NCBI GenBank assembly: GCA_003971905.1
Contig: RSEE01000023.1
Coordinates: forward strand, 1-64,000
DNA: 64,000 nt
Origin: Moniliella sp. 'wahieum'
Lineage: Eukaryota
Direction of reading: 5' to 3'
A model generated the notes under the pieces. That model ran no database searches. It had not been told where the DNA came from and saw only the letters and a program-made list of their open reading frames with translations. Positions 26,112 to 37,508 of the stretch are shown here, piece by piece. Each line of letters opens with the position of its first letter. Position 1 is the stretch's first letter. The translations under genes and the position numbers were made by a program.

Positions 26112-27747
26112 GTGGAGAGGGGGATGCGACAATAGAAGAGATGGGCGCCAATATCTCGTCCTTGGGAAGTAGAACCACAAGCGTTACTATGGGACCTGAC
26201 ATGCTGACAGGGAACGGGAGTGTGGCTGTGAAGAAAAGCCTTTGCAATATAGCAAACGTGAGGGAAGAGAGGCAAGACGCAAGCGTCCCCCTCGTTTTTC
26301 TCACTGGCTCCACCAGCGTCCAGCCACAACTAGGCTTGCCACATAGCACTGCCCCCGTGCGCCTGTGGCACAGGACCCCTAAGCCAGCACCCCATCATGC
26401 ATCATGCATCATGCATCACGGCGTCAGCTTGCAGATGTGCAGATCGCTCGCTACGGAAGCTCTACGGCCTCTACGGTGGATCCGCTTTCAACTTTCAAAT
26501 GCCAGAGCGAGCGCGAACCAGCGAAGCAGAGGACCCGTGGATTGGCTCTGCTGTTCACATGCATCACATGTCACACGAGGCACCACAGAACCACACCTGT
26601 GACACGCGCACTGAAGATCGAGCACGCGCCACACTCCAGCTTCAAGCTTCAAGCTTCTCAAGGTCGCACCAGCCGCCGGCGGACCTCAGTGGTTCTCAGC
26701 CTTTGTTGGCTCTGCCGTCTCGGACGGATAGATGGGAAGGAAAACGAGGTTATGAAAGAGCATTGTGGGGTGGGTGGGGGCTATAACCCACACATGTCGG
26801 ACGAATGGAGATTGTGCCGATTATGGATTAGCGGTTGCCGTTCGTCAAAAGCTAGGCTATCGACCAGTGCCAGCCGAACGAATACCAGCGTTTACGCGTT
26901 GCTCGGCTGGGAAGCCGGCGGGGTGGAGAGGGGCAGGCAGCAAGGCGCAGCAGCGCCGGTCCAGAGCGAGGCGCGGCACGCACGTGAGCCGGCGGGCCAA
27001 CGGAGGCCAGGGCAGCGAGTGGAGGAAAAACACGGGGGCAGTCTGGGGGACTCGCCCAATAGTCAGCGCAGGGAGAGCGTGCACAGCACGAAGCACGCAC
27101 CTGTCCCCAAACAGAGCGAGTTGTGCGTGCTGGAAGCTGGACCCCAGCGCTGCCACCGCCCTGCGTGGATTTGCACCAACGTGGAGACACGCCGGGCGGC
27201 AGTGGCGCCGTGCCTCCGGGGCTCCGATCGACGCGGCGCCGGGGGCTTGGGCGTGGGCTGGCACAGTGCCAGTCACCCGAACAACGGCGGCACGCAGCGC
27301 CCCGCTGGCACCAGGCGCGTGTGGCCAGGGCAGCGCCGGGCAGCGGCAGTAGGCAGGCGCACGCAGCCAGCCAAACACGCCCGCCGTGCGCGTGGAAACA
27401 GCGGCGCCGCGCGCCCGCCCGAGCGCGGGTGGCGTGGTGCCGCTCCGCGCCCGGGCACGGGGGCAGCCTGGTGCCGCCTGCGACGGCCTGCAGGGGGCGA
27501 CGCGACGCGTGATGGGATGGGCAGGCTGGGTGATGCGCATGCATGATGCTGCCAGGGTGTGGCTGCCCCCACCGGAGAGCAGCACGCAGCACCCGACGAA
27601 CCGACGGCGGGACTCGGCGGCGTCCTGCGTCCCCCCCCCCCACCACCCTCTTCTCGGCCGCCGCCCCCTCCGCCTCCTCCTCTTCCGCCGCTGCTGCGCT
27701 GGGCGAGCCTGCGTTCGTTCTTCTCTCGTTCGCTCTCGTCGCCCACC

Positions 27748-30700
27748 ATGTCCGACTGGCCCCTGGAGTTCATCTACCGCCTCCCGCCCCGCGCGCCCGC
27801 CACGCCGCTCGGCGACTGGATGGCCCAGAACGTCACCGACAATGGCACGGCCACCACCCTCCTCGACTGTCTCTGCTCCTCCACACGCCCCGCCCTCTGG
27901 AGCCCGGACCTCTCCCGCCCGCCCCTCGACCACCGCAGCATCAAGCAGTTCGTCCAATCCTTCACCCTCCCAGTTCCTCCCGCGCCCGCAGCAACCCACT
28001 GCGACCCAACGACCGCGTCATGCTGCTCCTGCCCACCGGCCCTGAGAATGCCCTGATGCTTATGTCCATTGCCACCTACCATACTGTGCCCCGCTCAACG
28101 CCGCCTGCACTGCTGGCGAGTTGCGTGACGATGCCGTTCGCCTCCGCGCCCGCGCCGTCGTCACAACCCGCGACAGCCTGGAACGCCTTGGCTGCTACGA
28201 GCTCTACGAAGAGGAAAACATGGAGATCATCGTTGTCGACTTCAAAACATCCGGCCCGGCAGGTTACTTTGACATGGCGGTACTCGAAGGCGAAGACCTT
28301 GTCCCATACCAGCACGGTTCTCAGCGCCCATGCCCGCCCTCAACCCTGACCGACTATTCCCTTGTTCTTCATACCTCTGGCACGTCGGGCAAAAAGAAGG
28401 TGGTGCCCTACTCTCTGCGCCACATGATCGTGGGTACCTGCTGTGTCGTCTTCTCCTGGGAACTCAAACCCGATTCGGTGAACAGTATGTCCCTTCTCCT
28501 CTCGTACTTCGAACTGACACACACACTAACTTGGTGCTTCTCAGTGAACATGATGCCTCTTTTCCATGTTGGCGGTATTGTGCGGAACCTTTGGTCTCCC
28601 CTCTTCTCCAATGGGTCCGCCATTATGTGTGCTGGATTCGACGCGACGACCTGGTGGAAGCTTGCTGGTCAACTGGGAGCGATGGTACTACGCTGCCCCT
28701 ACCATGCACCACGCTATCCTGGCTCCAAACCCGAGGGGACAGTTGCTCGCGGGACACTAAGATCAAAATGATCTGCAATGCCGCTGGTGGCCTGCTTCCC
28801 CATTGGCTGTACAGCTCAAGGAAAACTTTGGTGACTGTGCTGTACTCCCCTCGTACGGCATGACTGAATGGTGCGCGAGACTCCCTCTTCTCCCATTTGC
28901 GATATGTACTGACCTATGGATTTTTCGCGTTGGCAGCATGCCCATTGCCTCCCCCCACCGACTACCAGCTAGACCGTCCTGGTTGCTCTGGGGTGGCCTG
29001 CGGCCCTGGCCTTTCCATCCGTGATCCGTTCAACCTTGAAAAGGAGCAGCCACCGGACAGACAGGTGCCGTATGCGTCCGTGGTCTGCCCACTTTCAGCG
29101 GTTATGAGACCGATCCCGATGGTCCTCTGGATGCCTCCTCTTTTTCTTCGGAAGGCTGGTTCGACTCGGGCGACATGGGCCACATGGACGCGGATGGCTA
29201 TTTGTTCATCACGGGTAGGTCCAAGGAGATCATCAATAAAGGTGGTGAGGTTATCTCCCCTTTGAGGTCGAAGAAGCCGTCACGCAAGCGACCACTGGCC
29301 GTGTCAAGAACACTCTGTTTCTCGATCGAGCACGACGTGCTCCAGGAGACAATTGGTGTGTAGTGATCGTCCCCACGCCAAATGAACCCCGGGTAGGGCT
29401 GTCGGAGCTGCAGAACATGCTGCGGAACTATCTCCACCCATCCAAGTGGCCGTTTGCGATTGTCTACATGGACGACCTTCCGAAAACCAAGCAGGGAAAC
29501 CCTTGCGTATCAAGCTCGCCAGCCGTCTGGGATTGGGCCGCTGACCGATAGTGTGCCCCCGCTGCAGCGCCACTTTGAGGCGAAGGCACCTGGGAAGGAG
29601 GTGCCATTGTCTGAGCCAATCCCTGCCAAGCTGGTCAATGTGGATCTGCGGGCAGTCGAGCGTGCCTGCTACCGGATCCCTGGTATTGTCGAGGCGGCAG
29701 TTCGCATGCGCAAGGATGGTGCCCGAGGCTTCTCTATGTCGAGGAAGACATGCCATACGATGCTGCGGACATCGACCGTGCACTGGCTCAGGTGCTGGAC
29801 GGCTACGTGGTACCCAACCCATTGCACGTTTTCCGTCAGCCCTTGGCCAAGACCGCCCAGGGCCAAATTGACTTGATACCATGGAGGCCGAAGTGCGCGC
29901 CCAGAACGCTCAGGACATGTCCCGCACGGGCATTATTGTTCGCGACATTATTGGCAAGCTGCTCAACACGGATCCTGGCAGCATCACAGCCGAATCCGAC
30001 TTCTTCCTACTGGGCGGCAACTCTCTCTTGCTGGGCCGTCTGGTGGCGCAGATTCGGAAAGAAACAGGCGTGTCGCTCGAGGTTTCGTCTCTGTTTACAA
30101 ACTCAACCATCTCGGCTATCGCGGATATGATTGAAGAGGAGACGGGAGGCTCGGATGCTGAAGATGAAGACGAGGGTTACTACGATGAGAAGACGGGCTT
30201 CAGCTCCAACTTCCTCTCGGCCCATCGCTACGACGATGAAGAAGACGGCTACCTCAACTCGCACGGGTATAAGCCCCGGTCCCAGACTCATCCGTGGGTG
30301 ATGCTGGTCCAGATCATCCCGCTGCTCTTTTTCTACCCGTTCAAGGCGCCTGGACCTGGACTGTGCTCCTTCACGGTCTTGCCTTCTCGGCGTATTACAT
30401 CAACGACAACTTTTGGGAGCGTGTGGGTGTCCTGCTTCTCTCCCTCTTTATCGCCCGTCTCACTTCCCGAATCATCTGCCCGGTCACCGCCATGCCTTCA
30501 AGTGGCTTGTCATTGGCCGTTACCGCCCCGGAAAGTACCCAATGTGGTGCAACTATCATCTGCGCTGGTGGATTGTCAACCAATCTCTCACCACGGCCGG
30601 TAAGGGTCTTTTCAATCTGACCCCCGAACTGCGCAAGGTATACTTCCGTCTTTTGGGCGCATCGATTGGCAAGAACGTCAAGATTGACAAGTTTGCCAAT

Positions 30701-32818
30701 TGGGCGAATATGATCTTCTTACGATCCACGATGGTGCGCAGATTGACAAGTCTGTCGTCCGCGGTTTCTGCGTCGAACGTGATGGTTACTTCCGTCTGGA
30801 ACCCATCATCATCGGGCGCGACTGCATGGTCAACACCTACACTCAGATTTCTCCTGGCGCTCGCTTGGCCAACGGCACGGTTTGGGGTCCCCAATCCAGT
30901 AGTCATGAGGAGCCGTCGATGGACAGCTATGCCGCGTACAATCGCGAGGCAGTGCCTAAGCCGCATTGGTCCTTGATTGTCTTCCTTGGTCTGCCGCTTA
31001 AATTGGTGGTCTGGGTGCTGTGCTACCTCCCTTGGTTTTCAGCCTTGTTCATGCTGCTCTCGACGCCGTTTTTGTTCAACAAGCACGATTCTCTCAAAGG
31101 CGTCGTGGCATGGTTCTCCTTCCCTGACCGGATTGGCTGGCACTACCTAGCCCGCATTGTGCGCAATGGCATGCCGGCCATGTCCAATGTATCCTCGGTA
31201 TCCTTCTTAAGCGCATCTCGGGCCTCAACAAAGAAGGTTCGATGAGGAACGCGACCCAACTCTCCTTTGGCGCCGTTGGGTGCAATCCGAGTTCCTTTCC
31301 CAGCCCCAGATTCGCCGGTCGATGTCCATCTTGGGCACTCACTACGAGATGACCTCGGTTATTTACCGTGCGATGGGGGCCAAAATTGGCAAACGCGTCT
31401 ACTGGCCGGGATCGGGGATCTACTGCCCCGACCCCGAGTTGCTGGAGATTGGGGACGATGTGGTGTTTGGGTCGCGTTCGGAGGTCTTTACCTCGGACTC
31501 GATTGGATGGGCCAAGGTACGCGTCGCTCGCGGCGCTATGATTGCCGACCGTGTGGTGCTCTCTCCCGGTGTGACGGTGGGGAAGCAGTGTGTGATGGGC
31601 TCCGGTGCGTTGGCGCGCAGGAACGGGTACTACGAGCCGCTGTCGGTTGGATGGGTGCCAAGCACGGTGAAGCGGTTAGTTTTGGCAAGTCGGCGCCGTC
31701 TGAGGAAATGGGGGAGGATTCAACCATCACGCCATTTGGCCGTGCGTTTTACAAGCGCCAGGCCAACTTCTTTGTGTTCCCCTACCCTATGCTCGTGGCC
31801 ATCAACATTCTGATGAGCGTCATTACCTCGCTCTACTGGGCTTCGCCTGCCGTTGCGGCCATTACTTTCCTCAACTTCCTCAGGATTCACTTTGAGGACA
31901 AGGCCGACGGTCTTTTTGGCGACCACTGGTACCGCCCTGCCCTGGTGTACATTTACATTGCTCTTGCCTTTGTCATCATCATGGGGGCCCAGATGATTAT
32001 TGCAATGGGGGTGGTCGGGACAAGTGGGCGATATTGGCCGGCGGCGCGAAGGACGGTACGATTGGGACAAGTCGTCGTATTGCCAGCGCTGGCAGCTTCA
32101 CCTGTGCTGCAGAAACTGCTGGGCAAGGGCTTTGGCGGTCACATTATGGGTGCATTTCTGGCACGGTGTACGCAGTCTGGTACCTGCGCGCTTTGGGCGG
32201 CCACGTGGGCAAAGACTGCTCGATTTGGGCCGGTGGCAAGCCCTCGCTTCAGTTTACCGAGCCGGAGCTAGTTACGTTTGGGGATCGGGTCAGCGTCGAC
32301 GACTGCTCGGTTGTGGCTCACATCAACTCGCGCGGACGCTTTTCCCTCAACGCGCTCCGGATTGGAGACGGGTGCGCGATGCGTACCGGTTCGCGTCTGC
32401 TCTCTGGCGCCAACATGGAGCCCCGCAGCATGCTGTTGGAGCACACCCTGGTCGCGTCCGGTGAGATTGCGGAGGCGGGGATGGTGTATGCGGGTTGGCC
32501 TGCTCGTCAGCTACGGGTGCGCAAGCCCAAACCAACCGCCCCATCGGCTTCAGCGCCCACCGTTGTTGTGGAAGGCGGGCCTCAGGGGAGCAAGAGCTTT
32601 GGTCTGTCGCCGATGCCGTCGACCTTGCCTTCGATGAATGCTAGTCCGTATGCTTCCAAAGATGCATTCAGCTCGCAAGATGCATTTGCTCCCATGTCGG
32701 CGCTCCTCTTCCCTATGGGCACCAGCCTACCACCTCCTACAATGGCTCTTTGGCGGATTCTTACGGCCACGGGGGGTACCAATACCAAACGCCCATGCAA
32801 CCCCATTCGGCATTTTAG
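27748..32818 (+). CDS. single-module NRPS-like membrane protein: A domain, PCP, three LbH blocks with TM segments (Pls/polymalate-synthetase-like layout)
   Basis: A domain: LVLHTSGTSGKKKVVPY, MPLFHVGGIVRN, PSYGMTE and GDMGHMDADGYLFITGRSKEIINKGGE. PCP: DFFLLGGNSLLLGRL (~30000). Three LGA.IG-type hexapeptide blocks (~30650, ~31370, ~32190) separated by hydrophobic segments, ending YAGWPA. Two introns at ~28486-28544 and ~28871-28937. Confidence 0.88.
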
Positions 32819-34021
32819 CATTTTTGTCACGTCCTCGTTTACCCGATCAACCCAGCCCCCTTTCCCATTGCTTGTGACCCCGGTGGTCACTTCGTGCCCG
32901 CCACGGGCCCGCCTCGTCGCAGCCCACAGCAAGGCGTGTGCACATCCCTCGTTCGTTTGTTTTCTCCCCGTTCCCCCTTTTGGTTTTTTTGTTCGTTTTC
33001 CTCCTGCCCCGCTATCTGTCACTGCCACTCCCACTCCCACTGCCACCTTGCGCATTATCCCTTTCCTCACCCCCGGCACTTTGGACCTGTATTTCTTGGG
33101 GACCTCGATCCCCCAGGTAGATTTCTTTCCAACTATCTCACTCTCCTGCGCTCCATCTCGTTTTCTCGTTTTTGAACTTTGCTTGATGCACTACGGTCCT
33201 GACAGGATCCGCGGCTCGGGCTGGCTGTAATGGACTCGTTGGTGCTCTCTACCATATCTCTCATCTCTCCTTTCTGTGTTCCGTCCGCATTTTCCGCCAC
33301 CCGTCTCGAGCTTCAGGTTCGTGGTCAAACTCGTCACAGCCAACGACAGTGTTAGTGTTGGTCTCGCACAATGTTACCCCCAGAACCTGAAGTACAGTAG
33401 CAAACGCCTATGGAGGGCTGCTGAGATCGTCGGCTCCATTTCTCTTGTCAACGTCAACTAGCAACTATTCGACATAGACTTGATCGCCACCGAGCCTACG
33501 GTCCGGCTTGGGCGTTGGAGCGTAACCAGTAACCGGTAGCCCCGATGATGGAGATGCCTCCCCGTTCCACCGTCCACCGCCGTGCACCGATCCGCTGTCC
33601 ACCGATCTACCGTTCCGTCGACCACACCCTACTACTCTTCCCTCTCCCATTCTCCACCATTCCACGTCCGCTGTGCCAAGAGCGGCGTGGGCGCAGTTGT
33701 TGCACCCTCTGGAAGTACTGCATCCTCCTTGTCAAACGGTGAGGAGAGTGGCCTCTACCTGGCAAAACAAGCACGAATGGTATAGGCACGCTGAACGTGA
33801 GCCGCTGAGCCGTGGGCGAGGCGGTGAGATTGATCAGCGAATTTGAAGTTGGAACGAGTAGCTTGATGGCGTCACACTTCGCGAGCGGTTTCAGCAAAGT
33901 GGAAATATTGAATTCAGCTGGGTGTTTCGATGCATGTCAAACCACCAGACCCAGCTTGCTCCAAGCTTGGTTTGTGGACCTTCAAGCCGTGGCAGCCTCC
34001 TTCTACCACCTCGACACCCAC

Positions 34022-35302
34022 ATGGTTGCGCCCAGCGAGCTCCTTCGTATTCTCATCATCGTACGTCTCATTCCGTCCTACCTATTCTGGACTAACCTCC
34101 CCTTTGCGCTCCGCAGCGCCATGGCGAGACGGCGTCCAATGCTAGTGGCATCATTCAGGGACAGCTCGACATTCCTCTCAACGCCAAGGGCTATCTGCAA
34201 GCGTACTACACTGCCCACGCCCTTGCCACGAGCACATGATGAAGTCTACACTTCGCCTCTTCAGCGTGCCCGTGACACAGCCCTGACCATTGTCCGCATT
34301 CATCCGTCGCTGCGGGTCGTCTCCGCCGTGAAGGCCGAGGATGAGTCCCAGCATCTGCTTCAACAGCAGGGCACACCAACCCGCCTTCACCCTCCCAGAG
34401 GGTCGCAACGGATGCGCGACTTATGGAGCGGAACTTGGGTGAGCTGCAGGGCAAACCAGGTGCTGGCCGGGCCCACGGGGAGATCCCGGGGGCAGAGACG
34501 GCTTCCGAGTTGCGAAAGCGTCTGATTGGCTTTTGGGACGACATGACTTCGGCCCGCTGGAGGCGTTTGCAGTGCCATCCAACGCTTCATCTGGGACGAG
34601 CACGCCGGCTCCAACTTCAGGCGTTAACACCCCCACGCAGGCATTGGACCATACGGACTACACCCTCCCCCCCTCCCCCTGCTGCCTGGAAATGGTCAAG
34701 AACGTTGGCAAAAGCACCGTTCCCGTCCAGCAAAGACTTTTGCCCGGACCATTGTGTTGGTCTCCCATGGTGCTGCAATGCGGAATTTGGTCTCGTGCGT
34801 TCATCTCCAATCCGATAAGGTCATGGCTAACCGCTTACGATTAGCGCAAACTTGCTCCACTTTGGTGCTGTCCAGCTCAGTCCCGAGCTGCAAACCGCGT
34901 TCGACGCTGGTGCCCCGTTGGGACCAAGGGCCGGCTTTCCAACTGCTCCATTACTGAGATCCACTGGCCCGTTGGGCTGGATGTGTTTGACGCCATGTCG
35001 GGTAAAGTACCTCGGGTCCCACCCACGGCACTCTGGTTCGCTGGGCCGATGTGGCTCACCTGCCCCCTGAGCTGGAGAAGCAGCTGGTGGATAATGTTGA
35101 CGAGGTGGAAGAGGATGCGGAAGAGGAACAGGCGAACAATGCGCAACTCGGCTTAATTCCCAACCTGATCCAGATCCTGCCCCAAGCTTTTCCGGCCAGC
35201 GCCATCCCACGTCTGGAAGTCATTTGCAACACTGCATGCCCTATCTGCCTGCCCACCAGCCAAGCAATGCTATTGCCCCCTACGACAGCAATAGTTGTTT
35301 AG
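34022..35302 (+). CDS. histidine phosphatase (phosphoglycerate mutase/TIGAR-like) family protein
   Basis: LRILII, an intron, then RHGETASNASGIIQGQLDIPLNAKG, VYTSPLQRARDTA, MERNLGELQG and LVSHGAAMR. The 3' end is uncertain. Confidence 0.8.
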
Positions 35303-37251
35303 ACGGTGCATATGGTTGCTGAGTGCATCCTCGTTTTAGGGAATGTTTGCCAAGCGAGACTGGATTGCCTTGGCCGAAAACTCCTTGGCGTCCAGAGTGA
35401 GACCCGGGTTATGCGAGAGTGCCGAACGGGCATTATGGAGTGCGCGTTGCCCCGTAGTGAGCATCCCTTTCTTCTCGGGGTCGTTGGGGTCGAGTCCAAG
35501 CTGAGCCAGCGTCAGGGGCTTGACCACGTACTGGGAATAATCCCCACCCTTAACCTCGAGTAGTTCGCGCGCTTCACCTCAGCTGCACGCCAGATGGTGT
35601 GGGCCGGGTAGCTCGCGCGGATCATGTTGGGGGGAACCCCTTCCAAGTCTGCCAGTCGCGCTTCCTGGTTCGTAGCGGGGTTGTGTTCAGACTCTGGGCT
35701 ACATCCGCCCACTGATCTTGCCCGGCCCGTGCAGGTTGTCAGAGAAGGTAGGCGTGGAACCCTTGCTCACGTTAGGCTTCTCCTCCGTCAAGTCCATGTA
35801 CCTCGGCCGCGCCAGTTTCGGTTCTGGCTGAGCCAGACCCTGGGGCAAGGATGTCTGGTAATGATGCAGAGCAAACTTCATCGACAGATAGGGCGGACGG
35901 TGAAGGGGCGCATGGACTCAGGGCAGCATACTCCTTCTCCAACGCAAGTCCCCCGCGTTGCTTAGCCTCAGGGGCGGAGGAGGAGTACGTGGGGCCATCG
36001 TACTTAAAGTCCTTACCGTTAGGGAATTTGGGTACGACTGGTGCACCCACCATCTTGTGACCCAGATGCTGACGTGAGTTGTAGTAGTTCCGTGGCTGAG
36101 TGAAAAGGGATCGTTCCAATCGGTTTGTACATGCTCCAGGCGCAGTTTTGAGTGGTACTCGCCGGGACGAGGCCAAGCTGCGAGGAGCTGGTAGTATCCC
36201 GTTCTCCCTGGTCCACAGCCACTCTCGCATCTCCATTGCGTTGACTTCCGCAGTTTGGCGGCCGCCCTTTGGGACATGGGAGACTGAGACAGTCTTGCGC
36301 GCCAACAGATCACGTTCCAGAGTCTCGTCCTCTTCGGGAATGGCTCAGGCTCCATTGCCTCATCCACTTCATCCAAAGCACGAAGCGTGCTGGATGTACG
36401 GGCTGACGTTGCGTGTTTGGGCGGGGGAGGCCATCGTCCAAGTCATCCTCCGAAGCAGCTTTACGCGCCTTGAGGTTCTCTGCTGTTGCATGTTCCGAAC
36501 GCAACTGGCGTCGCCTTTGCAGTTTCCGACCCACCTTCTCCGCATGAGCAAGCTTACTGTCGTCGTCCGCTTCAAAGTCTAGCACGGCCTCGCCTTCTTC
36601 CTGTGCGGTCAAGCTGTCCACTCCCTGCTCTGCCAGTTCGGGAGATTCAGCAAGCTCGGCACGCTTGGAAGGAGGGATTGCTGTATTTGCTTGCATCTCC
36701 GCCGAGACGAGGGGAACGGACGCCTTCACGGGGTCGACCTTCGCGGCGCGGCGCGCCCTCGGGGGACGGAATTCCCGGCGAGGCTGGCCGTCTCGTGGGG
36801 GGCGGGAGTCTCGCCGCTCGCCTTCCCGCGGACGGAACTCACGGCGATCACCATCGCGTGGACGGAAGTCACGACGCTCCCCGTCGCGCTGTCCGAAATC
36901 GCGACGAGGGCGGGAATCACGACGCTCCCCATTATTACGCAGCATGGGGGCATTAGGATCACGCTGCTTAGTCGTCGCCTCGCGGCTCTGCTCGCCAAAC
37001 TGATTGAAGATGAACTTGCGTGCCGAAGGACCCTTGCGATCCGCGTTGGGCGATGCTTTGGCCGCTGGGGCGGGCTTGGCAGCAGGCTTGCGGGCGCGGG
37101 ACGAGGGCATATTGAGGATGGCACGCAGCTTGCTCTGGGCCGAATCCTTACTGTCGGCCATTGCCACCGCGGACGCGTGGAGAGAGCGCCATTGCGCCCG
37201 GCTGGCCAGCTGGACAGCGGCCTGGACACGGCGCGGGGCGACGAGCATCAT
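35299..37251 (-). CDS. hypothetical, probably mitochondrial, Arg/Asp-rich protein
   Basis: Presequence-like N-terminus MMLVAPRRVQAAVQLASRAQWRSLHASAVAMA. Contiguous minus ORFs 36310..37563, 35772..36305, 35699..35881, 35512..35712 and 35336..35527. Confidence 0.6.
36760..36930 (-). repeat. imperfect coding repeat (~10-aa RRDFRPRDGE-like units)
   Basis: GERRDSRPRRDFGQRDGERRDFRPRDGDRREFRPREGERRDSRPPRDGQPRREFRP in ORF 36310..37563. Confidence 0.75.
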
Positions 37252-37508
37252 CGCTTCGCTGGGCCGCCGCAGACGATGGAGCAGCAGCTCGCTCGCCAGC
37301 GGCCGGTAGCGCCCCGCCTTCCAGCTTCCGCCTCCGCTCCCGGCGGTCAGATCCGCCGGCCTGAGAAGGCGCGCCAGCGGAATATATGGGGGTTCCGCCC
37401 GAACATATTGCACCGAGTCCCCATCCCTCCCCCCCCACCACCCGCACCGCCTCCTCTTCGCGCGCGCGTCACACGGCTTGCTGGACTGCTCTCTGCGCTG
37501 CCGGCACG

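Noticed and set aside
23914..26116. Copies 2 and 3 as terminal inverted repeats of a ~2.2-kb DNA transposon
   Set aside because: Copy 3 is closer to the distant copy 1 than to copy 2 and has its own TSD. Copy 2 continues into CCHC/RLE coding sequence, and no transposase motif is visible. Independent retro-insertions explain it better.
26404..27999. Long overlapping ORFs (380 aa on each strand) upstream of the NRPS-like gene
   Set aside because: Very GC-rich, stop-poor sequence giving Arg/Ala/Gly/Pro-biased translations with no domain signal. It is most likely promoter or 5' UTR.
33276..33900. Separate minus-strand gene between the NRPS-like gene and the histidine phosphatase
   Set aside because: Only short broken ORFs with no recognisable motif. 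It remains possible but is unsupported.
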